A stretch of 64,000 bases of DNA, taken from NCBI GenBank assembly GCA_964016885.1, contig OZ024743.1, forward strand, positions 335,668,001 to 335,732,000, given 5' to 3'. The stretch comes from Eledone cirrhosa (taxonomy: Eukaryota). This document shows positions 27,817 through 39,216 of this stretch, piece by piece. The first letter of the stretch is position 1. Every line of letters starts with the position of its first letter. The position numbers and the translations under genes were made by a program. Below the pieces are notes generated by a model, which was not told where the DNA came from, searched no databases, and saw nothing but the letters and a program-made list of their open reading frames with translations.

Positions 27817-30800
27817 TTAGTGATGGTGTGGATGGTAGCTATGGTGATGTAGCTGGTAGCAAATATTGCTATTGTTGTTATTGCTGGTGGTATCAGTGAT
27901 GGTGGGGATGGTAGCTATGGTGATGTAGCTGGTAGAAACTTGATTGCTATTGTTGTTATTGCTGGTGGTGTCAGTGATGGTGGGGATGGTAGCTATGGTG
28001 ATGTAGCTGCTAGCAACATGATTGCTATTGTTGTTATTGCTGGTGGTATCAGTGATGGTGGGGATGGTAGCTATGGTGATGTAGCTGGTAGTAACATAAT
28101 TGCTATTGTTGTTGTTGCTGGTGGTGTCAGTGATGGTGGGGATGGTAGCTATGGTGATGTAGCTGCTAGCAACATGATTGCTATTGTTGTTATTGCTGGT
28201 GGTATCAGTGATGGTGGGGATGGTAGCTATGGTGATGTAGCTGGTAGTAACATAATTGCTATTGTTGTTGTTGCTGGTGGTGTCAGTGATGGTGGGGATG
28301 GTAGCTATGGTGATGTAGCTGCTTGTAACATGATTGCTATTATTGTTGTTGCTGGTGGTGTCAGTGATGGTGGGGATGGCAGCTATGGTGATGTAGCTGG
28401 AAGTAACTTGATTGCTATTGTTGTTATTGCTGGTGGTGTCAGTGATGGTGGGGATGGTAGCTATGGTGATGTAGTTGGTAGTAACATGATTGCTATTGTT
28501 GTTATTGCTGGTGGTGTCAGTGATGGTGGGGATGGTAGCTATGGTGATGTAGCTGGTAGTAACATGATTGCTATTGTTTTTATTGCTGGTGGTGTCAGTG
28601 ATTGTGGGGATGGTAGCTATGGTGATGTAGCTGCTAGCAACATGATTGCTATTGTTGTTATTGTTGGTGGTGTCAGTGATGGTGGGGATGGTTGCTATGG
28701 TGATGTAGCTGGTAGGAACATGATTGCTATTGTTGTTATTGCTGGTGCTGTCAGTGATGGTGGGGATGTTAGCTATGGTGATGTAGCTGCTAGCAACATG
28801 ATTGCTATTGTTGTTATTGCTGGTGGTGTCAGTGATGGTGGGGATGGTAGCTATGGTGATGTAGCTGGTAGTAACATGATTGCTATTGTTTTTATTGCTG
28901 GTGGTGTCAGTGATTGTGGGGATGGTAGCTATGGTGATGTAGCTGCTAGCAACATGATTGCTATTGTTGTTATTGTTGGTGGTGTCAGTGATGGTGGGGA
29001 TGGTTGCTATGGTGATGTAGCTGGTAGTAACATGATTGCTATTGTTGTTATTGCTGGTGGTGTCAGTGATGGTGGGGATGGTAGCTATGGTGATGTAGCT
29101 GCTAGCAACATGATTGCTATTGTTGTTATTGCTGGTGGTGTCAGTGATGGTGGGGATGGTTGCTATGGTGATGTAGCTGGTAGTAACATGATTGCTATTG
29201 TTATTGCTGGTGGTGTCAGTGATGGTGGGGATGGTAGCTATGGTGATGTAGCTGGTAGTAACATGATTGCTATTGTTGTTATTGCTGGTGGTGTCAGTGA
29301 TGGTGGGGATGGTAGCTATGGTGATGTAGCTGCCAGCAACATGATTGCTATTGTTGTTATTGCTGGTGGTGTCAGTGATGGTGGGGATGGTAGCTATGGT
29401 GATGTAGCTGGTAGCAACAGGATTGCTATTGTTGTTATTGCTGGTGGTGTCAGTGATGGTGGGGATGGTAGCTATGGTGATGTAGCTGGTAGCAACAGGA
29501 TTGCTATTGTTGTTATTGCTGGTGGTGTCAGTGATGGTGGGGATGGTAGCTATGGTGATGTAGCTGCTAGCAACATGATTGCTATTGTTGTTATTGCTGG
29601 TGGTGTCAGTGATGGTGGGGTTGGTAGCTATGGTAATGTAGCTGGTAGTAACATGATTGCTATTGTTATTGCTGGTGGTGTCAGTGATGGTGGGGATGGT
29701 AGCTATGGTGATGTAGCTGCTAGCAACATGATTGCTATTGTTGTTATTGCTGGTGGTGTCAGTGATGTTGGGGATGGTAGCTATGGTGATGTAGCTGGTA
29801 GTAACATGATTGCTATTGTTGTTATTGCTGGTGGTGTCAGTGATGGTGGGGATGGTAGCTATGGTGATGTAGCTGCTAGCAACATGATTGCTATTGTTGT
29901 TATTGCTTGTGGTGTCAGTGACGGTGGGGATGGTAGCTATGGTGATGTAGCTGCTTGTAACATGATTGCTATTGTTGTTGTTGCTGCTGGTGTCAGTGAT
30001 TGTGGGGATGGTAGCTATGGTGATGTAGCTGGTAGTAACAGGATTGCTATTGTTGTTATTGCTGGTGGTGTCAGTGATGGTGGGGATGGTAGCTATGGTG
30101 ATGTAGCTGGTAGTAACATGATTGCTATCGTTGTTATTCCTGGTGGTGTCAGTGATGGTGGGGATGGTAGATATAGTGATGTAGCTGGTAGTAACTTGAT
30201 TGCTATTGTTGTTATTGCTGGTGGTGTCAGTGATGGTGGGGATGGTAGCTATGGTGATGTAGCTGGTAGTAACATGATTGCTATTGTTGTTATTTCTGGT
30301 GGTGTCAGTGATGGTGGTGATGGTAGCTATGGTGATGTAGCTGGTTGTAACATGATTGCTATTGTTGTTATCGCTGGTGGTGTCAGTGATGGTGGGGATG
30401 GTAGCTATGGTGATGTAGCTGCTTGTAACATGATTGCTATTGTTGTTGTTGCTGGTGGTGTCAGTGATGGTGGGGATGGTAGCTATGGTGATGTAGATGG
30501 TAGTAACTTGATTGCTATTGTTGTTATTGCTGGTGGTGTCAGTGATGGTGGGGATGGTAGCTAAGGTGATGTACCTGGTAGTAACATGATTGCTATTGTT
30601 GTTATTGCTGGTGGTATCAGTGATGGTGGGGATGGTAGCTATGGTGATGTAGCTGGTAGTAACATGATTGCTATTGTTGTTATTGCTGGTGGTGTCAGTG
30701 ATGGTGGGGATGGTAGCTATTGTGATGTAGCTGGTAGTAACTTGATTGCTATTGTTGTTATTGCTTGTGGTATCAGTGATGGTGGGGATGGTAGCTATGG

Positions 30801-33800
30801 TGATGTAGCTGGTAGTAACATGATTGCTATTGTTGTTATTGCTGGTGGTGTCAGTGATGGTGGGGATGGTAGCTATGGTGATGTAGCTGGTAGTAACATG
30901 TTTGCTATTGTTGTTATCGCTGGTGGTGTGAGTGATGGTGGGGATGGTAGCTATGGTGATGTAGCTGGTAGTAACATGATTGCTATTGTTGTTATCGCTG
31001 GTGGTGTGAGTGATGGTGGGGATGGTAGCTATGGTGATGTAGCTGGTAGTAACATGATTGCTATTGTTGTTATCGCTGGTGGTGTCAGTGATGGTGGGGA
31101 TGGTAGCTATGGTGATGTAGCTGCTAGCAACATGATTGCTATTGTTGTTGTTGCTGGTGGTGTCAGTGATGGTGGGGATGGTAGCTATGGTGATGTAGCT
31201 GCTAGCAACATGATTGCTATTGTTGTTATTGCTGGTGGTGTCAGTGATGGTGGGGATGGTAGCTATGGTGATGAAGCTGGTAGCAACATGATTGCTATTG
31301 TTGTTATTGCTGGTGGTGTCAGTGATGGTGGTGATGGTAGCTATGGTGATGTAGCTGGTAGTAACTTGATTGCTATTGTTGTTATTGCTGGTGGTATCAG
31401 TGATGGTGGGGATGGTAGCTATGGTGATGTAGCTGGTAGTAACATGATTGCTATTGTTGTTATTGCTGGTGGTATCAGTGATGGTGGGGATGGTAGCTAT
31501 GGTGATGTAGCTGGTAGTAACATGATTGCTATTGTTGTTATTGCTGGTGGTGTCAGTGATGGTGGGGATGGTAGCTATGGTGATGTAGCTGCTAGCAACA
31601 TGATTGCTATTGTTGTTATTGCTGGTGGTGTCAGTGATGGTGGGGATGGTAGCTATGGTGATGTAGCTGCTAGCAACATGATTGCTATTGTTGTTATTGC
31701 TGGTGGTGTCAGTGATGGTGGGGATGGTAGCTATGGTGATGTAGCTGCTTGTAACATGATTGCTATTGTTGTTGTTGCTGGTGGTGTCAGTGATGGTGGG
31801 GATTGTAGCTATGGTGATGTAGCTGCTAGCAACATGATTGCTATTGTTGTTATTGCTGGTGGTGTCAGTGATGGTGGGGATGGTAGCTATGGTGATGTAG
31901 CTGCTAGCAAGATGATTGCTATTGTTGTTATTGCTGGTGGTGTCAGTGATGGTGGGGATTGTAGCTATGGTGATGTAGCTGCTAGCAACATGATTGCTAT
32001 TGTTGTTATTGCTGGTGGTGTCAGTGATGGTGGGGATCGTAGCTATGGTGATGTAGCTGCTTGTAACATGATTGCTATTGTTGTTGTTGCTGGTGGTGTC
32101 AGTGATGGTGGGGATGGCAGCTATGGTGATGTAGCTGGTAGTAACTTGATTGCTATTGTTGTTGTTGCTGGTGGTGTCAGTGATGGTGGGGATGGTAGCT
32201 ATGGTGATGTAGCTGCTAGCAACATGATTGCTATTGTTGTTATTGCTGGTGGTGTCAGTGATGGTGGGGATGGTAGCTATGGTGATGAAGCTGGTAGCAA
32301 CATGATTGCTATTGTTGTTATTGCTGGTGGTGTCAGTGATGGTGGTGATGGTAGCTATGGTGATGTAGCTGGTAGTAACTTGATTGCTATTGTTGTTATT
32401 GCTGGTGGTATCAGTGATGGTGGGGATGGTAGCTATGGTGATGTAGCTGGTAGTAACATGATTGCTATTGTTGTTATTGCTGGTGGTATCAGTGATGGTG
32501 GGGATGGTAGCTATGGTGATGTAGCTGGTAGTAACATGATTGCTATTGTTGTTATTGCTGGTGGTGTCAGTGATGGTGGGGATGGTAGCTATGGTGATGT
32601 AGCTGCTAGCAACATGATTGCTATTGTTGTTATTGCTGGTGGTGTCAGTGATGGTGGGGATGGTAGCTATGGTGATGTAGCTGCTAGCAACATGATTGCT
32701 ATTGTTGTTATTGCTGGTGGTGTCAGTGATGGTGGGGATGGTAGCTATGGTGATGTAGCTGCTTGTAACATGATTGCTATTGTTGTTGTTGCTGGTGGTG
32801 TCAGTGATGGTGGGGATTGTAGCTATGGTGATGTAGCTGCTAGCAACATGATTGCTATTGTTGTTATTGCTGGTGGTGTCAGTGATGGTGGGGATGGTAG
32901 CTATGGTGATGTAGCTGCTAGCAAGATGATTGCTATTGTTGTTATTGCTGGTGGTGTCAGTGATGGTGGGGATTGTAGCTATGGTGATGTAGCTGCTAGC
33001 AACATGATTGCTATTGTTGTTATTGCTGGTGGTGTCAGTGATGGTGGGGATCGTAGCTATGGTGATGTAGCTGCTTGTAACATGATTGCTATTGTTGTTG
33101 TTGCTGGTGGTGTCAGTGATGGTGGGGATGGCAGCTATGGTGATGTAGCTGGTAGTAACTTGATTGCTATTGTTGTTATTGCTGGTGGTGTCAGTGATGG
33201 TGGGGATGGTAGCTATGGTGATGTAGCTGCTTGTAACATGATTGCTATTGTTGTTGTTGCTGGTGGTGTCAGTGATGGTGGGGATGGTAGCTATGGTGAT
33301 GTAGCTGGTAGTAACTTGATTGCTATTGTGGTTATTGCTGGTGGTGTCAGTGATGGTGGGGATGGTAGCTATGGTGATGTAGCTGCTTGTGTCATGATTG
33401 CTATTGTTGTTGTTGCTGGTGGTGTCAGTGATGGTGGGGATGGTAGCTATGGTGATGTAGCTGCTTGTAACATGATTGCTATTGTTGTTATTGCTGGTGG
33501 TGTCAGTGGTGGTGGGGATGGTATCTATGGTGATGTAGCTGCTAGGAACATGATTGCTATTGTTGTTATTGCTGGTGGTGTTAGTGATGGTGGGGATGGT
33601 AGCTATGGTGATGTAGCTGGTAGTAACTTGATTGCTATTGTTGTTATTGCTGGTGGTATCAGTGATGGTGGGGATGGAAGCTATGGTGATGTAACTGGTA
33701 GTAACATGATTGCTATTGTTGTTGTTGCTGGTGGTGTCAGTGATGGTGGGGATGGTAGCTATGGTGATGTAGCTGCTAGCAACATGATTGCTATTGTTGT

Positions 33801-36800
33801 TATTGCTGGTGGTATCAGTGATGGTGGGGATGGTAGCTATGGTGATGTAGCTGGTAGTAACATGATTGCTATTGTTGTTATTGCTGGTGGTGTCAGTGAT
33901 GGTGGGGATGGTAGCTATGGTGATGTAGCTGCTAGCAACATGATTGCTATTGTTGTTATTGCTGGTGGTGTAGCTGCTAGCAACATGATTGCTATTGTTG
34001 TTATTGCTGGTGGTGTCAGTGATGGTGGGGTTGGTAGCTATGGTAATGTAGCTGGTAGTAACATGATTGCTATTGTTATTGCTGGTGGTGTCAGTGATGG
34101 TGGGGATGGTAGCTATGGTGATGTAGCTGCTAGCAACATGATTGCTATTGTTGTTATTGCTGGTGGTGTCAGTGATGTTCGGGATGGTAGCTATGGTGAT
34201 GTAGCTGGTAGTAACATGATTGCTATTGTTGTTATTGCTGGTGGTGTCAGTGATGGTGGGGATGGTAGCTATGGTGATGTAGCTGCTAGCAACATGATTG
34301 CTATTGTTGTTATTGCTTGTGGTGTCAGTGACGGTGGGGATGGTAGCTATGGTGATGTAGCTGCTTGTAACATGATTGCTATTGTTGTTGTTGCTGCTGG
34401 TGTCAGTGATTGTGGGGATGGTAGCTATGGTGATGTAGCTGGTAGTAACAGGATTGCTATTGTTGTTATTGCTGGTGGTGTCAGTGATGGTGGGGATGGT
34501 AGCTATGGTGATGTAGCTGGTAGTAACATGATTGCTATCGTTGTTATTCCTGGTGGTGTCAGTGATGGTGGGGATGGTAGATATAGTGATGTAGCTGGTA
34601 GTAACTTGATTGCTATTGTTGTTATTGCTGGTGGTGTCAGTGATGGTGGGGATGGTAGCTATGGTGATGTAGCTGGTAGTAACATGATTGCTATTGTTGT
34701 TATTTCTGGTGGTGTCAGTGATGGTGGTGATGGTAGCTATGGTGATGTAGCTGGTTGTAACATGATTGCTATTGTTGTTATCGCTGGTGGTGTCAGTGAT
34801 GGTGGGGATGGTAGCTATGGTGATGTAGCTGCTTGTAACATGATTGCTATTGTTGTTGTTGCTGGTGGTGTCAGTGATGGTGGGGATGGTAGCTATGGTG
34901 ATGTAGATGGTAGTAACTTGATTGCTATTGTTGTTATTGCTGGTGGTGTCAGTGATGGTGGGGATGGTAGCTAAGGTGATGTACCTGGTAGTAACATGAT
35001 TGCTATTGTTGTTATTGCTGGCGGTATCAGTGATGGTGGGGATGGTAGCTATGGTGATGTAGCTGGTAGTAACATGATTGCTATTGTTGTTATTGCTGGT
35101 GGTGTCAGTGATGGTGGGGATGGTAGCTATTGTGATGTAGCTGGTAGTAACTTGATTGCTATTGTTATTATTGCTTGTGGTATCAGTGATGGTGGGGATG
35201 GTAGCTATGGTGATGTAGCTGGTAGTAACATGATTGCTATTGTTGTTATTGCTGGTGGTGTCAGTGATGGTGGGGATGGTAGCTATGGTGATGTAGCTGG
35301 TAGTAACATGTTTGCTATTGTTGTTATCGCTGGTGGTGTGAGTGATGGTGGGGATGGTAGCTATGGTGATGTAGCTGGTAGTAACATGATTGCTATTGTT
35401 GTTATCGCTGGTGGTGTGAGTGATGGTGGGGATGGTAGCTATGGTGATGTAGCTGGTAGTAACATGATTGCTATTGTTGTTATCGCTGGTGGTGTCAGTG
35501 ATGGTGGGGATGGTAGCCATGGTGATGTAGCTGCTAGCAACATGATTGCTATTGTTGTTGTTGCTGGTGGTGTCAGTGATGGTGGGGATGGTAGCTATGG
35601 TGATGTAGCTGCTAGCAACATGATTGCTATTGTTGTTATTGCTGGTGGTGTCAGTGATGGTGGGGATGGTAGCTATGGTGATGAAGCTGGTAGCAACATG
35701 ATTGCTATTGTTGTTATTGCTGGTGGTGTCAGTGATGGTGGTGATGGTAGCTATGGTGATGTAGCTGGTAGTAACTTGATTGCTATTGTTGTTATTGCTG
35801 GTGGTATCAGTGATGGTGGGGATGGTAGCTATGGTGATGTAGCTGGTAGTAACATGATTGCTATTGTTGTTATTGCTGGTGGTATCAGTGATGGTGGGGA
35901 TGGTAGCTATGGTGATGTAGCTGGTAGTAACATGATTGCTATTGTTGTTATTGCTGGTGGTGTCAGTGATGGTGGGGATGGTAGCTATGGTGATGTAGCT
36001 GCTAGCAACATGATTGCTATTGTTGTTATTGCTGGTGGTGTCAGTGATGGTGGGGATGGTAGCTATGGTGATGTAGCTGCTAGCAACATGATTGCTATTG
36101 TTGTTATTGCTGGTGGTGTCAGTGATGGTGGGGATGGTAGCTATGGTGATGTAGCTGCTTGTAACATGATTGCTATTGTTGTTGTTGCTGGTGGTGTCAG
36201 TGATGGTGGGGATTGTAGCTATGGTGATGTAGCTGCTAGCAACATGATTGCTATTGTTGTTATTGCTGGTGGTGTCAGTGATGGTGGGGATGGTAGCTAT
36301 GGTGATGTAGCTGCTAGCAAGATGATTGCTATTGTTGTTATTGCTGGTGGTGTCAGTGATGGTGGGGATTGTAGCTATGGTGATGTAGCTGCTAGCAACA
36401 TGATTGCTATTGTTGTTATTGCTGGTGGTGTCAGTGATGGTGGGGATCGTAGCTATGGTGATGTAGCTGCTTGTAACATGATTGCTATTGTTGTTGTTGC
36501 TGGTGGTGTCAGTGATGGTGGGGATGGCAGCTATGGTGATGTAGCTGGTAGTAACTTGATTGCTATTGTTGTTATTGCTGGTGGTGTCAGTGATGGTGGG
36601 GATGGTAGCTATGGTGATGTAGCTGCTTGTAACATGATTGCTATTGTTGTTGTTGCTGGTGGTGTCAGTGATGGTGGGGATGGTAGCTATGGTGATGTAG
36701 CTGCTTGTGTCATGATTGCTATTGTTGTTGTTGCTGGTGGTGTCAGTGATGGTGGGGATGGTAGCTATGGTGATGTAGCTGCTTGTAACATGATTGCTAT

Positions 36801-39216
36801 TGTTGTTATTGCTGGTGGTGTCAGTGGTGGTGGGGATGGTATCTATGGTGATGTAGCTGGTAGTAACTTGATTGCTATTGTGGTTATTGCTGGTGGTGTC
36901 AGTGATGGTGGGGATGGTAGCTATGGTGATGTAGCTGCTTGTGTCATGATTGCTATTGTTGTTGTTGCTGGTGGTGTCAGTGATGGTGGGGATGGTAGCT
37001 ATGGTGATGTAGCTGCTTGTAACATGATTGCTATTGTTGTTATTGCTGGTGGTGTCAGTGGTGGTGGGGATGGTAGCTATGGTGATGTAGATGGTAGTAA
37101 CTTGATTGCTATTGTGGTTATTGCTGGTGGTGTCAGTGATGGTGGGGATGGTAGCTATGGTGATGTAGCTGCTTGTGTCATGATTGCTATTGTTGTTGTT
37201 GCTGGTGGTGTCAGTGATGGTGGGGATGGTAGCTATGGTGATGTAGCTGCTTGTAACATGATTGCTATTGTTGTTATTGCTGGTGGTGTCAGTGGTGGTG
37301 GGGATGGTATCTATGGTGATGTAGCTGCTAGGAACATGATTGCTATTGTTGTTATTGCTGGTGGTGTTAGTGATGGTGGGGATGGTAGCTATGGTGATGT
37401 AGCTGGTAGTAACTTGATTGCTATTGTTGTTATTGCTGGTGGTATCAGTGATGGTGGGGATGGAAGCTATGGTGATGTAACTGGTAGTAACATGATTGCT
37501 ATTGTTGTTGTTGCTGGTGGTGTCAGTGATGGTGGGGATGGTAGCTATGGTGATGTAGCTGCTAGCAACATGATTGCTATTGTTGTTATTGCTGGTGGTA
37601 TCAGTGATGGTGGGGATGGTAGCTATGGTGATGTAGCTGGTAGTAACATGATTGCTATTGTTGTTATTGCTGGTGGTGTCAGTGATGGTGGGGATGGTAG
37701 CTATGGTGATGTAGCTGCTAGCAACATGATTGCTATTGTTGTTATTGCTGGTGGTGTAGCTGCTAGCAACATGATTGCTATTGTTGTTATTGCTGGTGGT
37801 GTCAGTGATGGTGGGGATGGCAGCTATGGTGATGTAGCTGGTAGTAACTTGATTGCTATTGTTGTTATTGCTGGTGGTGTCAGTGATGGTGGGGATGGTA
37901 GCTAAGGTGATGTAGCTGGTAGCAACATGATTGCTATTGTTGTTATTGCTGGTGGTGTCAGTGATTGTGGGGATGGTAGCTATGGTGATGTAGCTGCTAG
38001 CAACATGATTGCTATTGTTGTTATTGCTGGTGGTGTCAGTGATGGTGGGGATGGTTGCTATGGTGATGTAGCTGGTAGTAACATGATTGCTATTGTTGTT
38101 ATTGCTGGTGGTGTCAGTGATGGTGGGGATTGTAGCGATGGTGATGTAGCTGCTAGCAACATGATTGCTATTGTTGTTATTGCTGGTGGTGTCAGTGATG
38201 GTGGGGATGGTAGCTATGGTGATGTAGTTGCTAGCAACATGATTGCTATTGTTGTTATTGCTGGTGGTGTCAGTGATGGTGGGGATGGTAGCTATGGTGA
38301 TGTAGCTGGTAGTAACATGATTGCTATTGTTGTTATTGCTGGTGGTGTCAGTGATGGTGGGGATTGTAGCGATGGTGATGTAGCTGCTAGCAACATGATT
38401 GCTATTGTTGTTATTGCTGGTGGTGACAGTGATGGTGGGGATGGTAGCTATGGTGATGTAGCTGGTAGTAACATGATTGCTATTGTTGTTATTGCTGGTG
38501 GTGTCGGTGATGGTGGGGATGGTAGCTATGGTGATGTAGCTGGTAGTAACATGATTGCTATTGTTGTTAACGCTGGTGGTGTGAGTGATGGTGGGGATGG
38601 TAGCTATGGTGATGTAGCTGGTAGTAACATGATTGCTATTGTTGTTATCGCTGGTGGTGTCAGTGATGGTGGGGATGGTAGCCATGGTGATGTAGCTGCT
38701 AGCAACATGATTGCTATTGTTGTTGTTGCTGGTGGTGTCAGTGATGGTGGGGATGGTAGCTATGGTGATGTAGCTGCTAGCAACATGATTGCTATTGTTG
38801 TTATTGCTGGTGGTGTCAGTGATGGTGGGGATGGTAGCTATGGTGATGTAGCTGGTAGTAACATGATTGTTATTGTTGTTATTGCTGGTGGTGTCAGTGA
38901 TGGTGGGGATGGTAGCTATGGTGATGTAGCTGGTAGTAACATGATTGCTATTGTTGTTATTGCTGGTGGTGTCAGTGATGGTGGGGATGGTAGCTATGGT
39001 GATGTAGCTGCTAGCAACATGATTGCTATTGTTGTTATTGCTGGTGGTGTCAGTGATGGTGGGGATGGTAGCTATGGTGATGTAGCTGGTAGCAACATGA
39101 TTGCTATTGTTGTTATTGCTGGTGGTATCAGTGATGGTGGGGATGGTAGCTATGGTGATGTAGCTGGTAGCAACATGATTGCTATTGTTGTTATTGCTGG
39201 TGGTGTCAGTGATGGT
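27817..39216 (-). other. Second stop-free minus-strand segment of the same 26-aa Thr/Ser-rich repeat; coding status unproven
   Basis: ORF track 27817..38685. Bounded upstream by TAG (CTA on + at 39217-39219) and downstream by a net 2-bp loss at ~27861-27866. Confidence 0.12.
29575..37770. repeat. Two-copy higher-order repeat, offset 4410 bp (57 monomers minus 33 minus 3), with an internal 1014-bp (13-monomer) duplication in copy 1
   Basis: GGT AAT GTA at ~29634/34044. TAA GGT GAT GTA CCT at 30562/34972. ATT CCT, ATT TCT and ATG TTT variants share this offset. GAT GAA and AGC AAG recur at +1014 inside copy 1. Confidence 0.9.
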
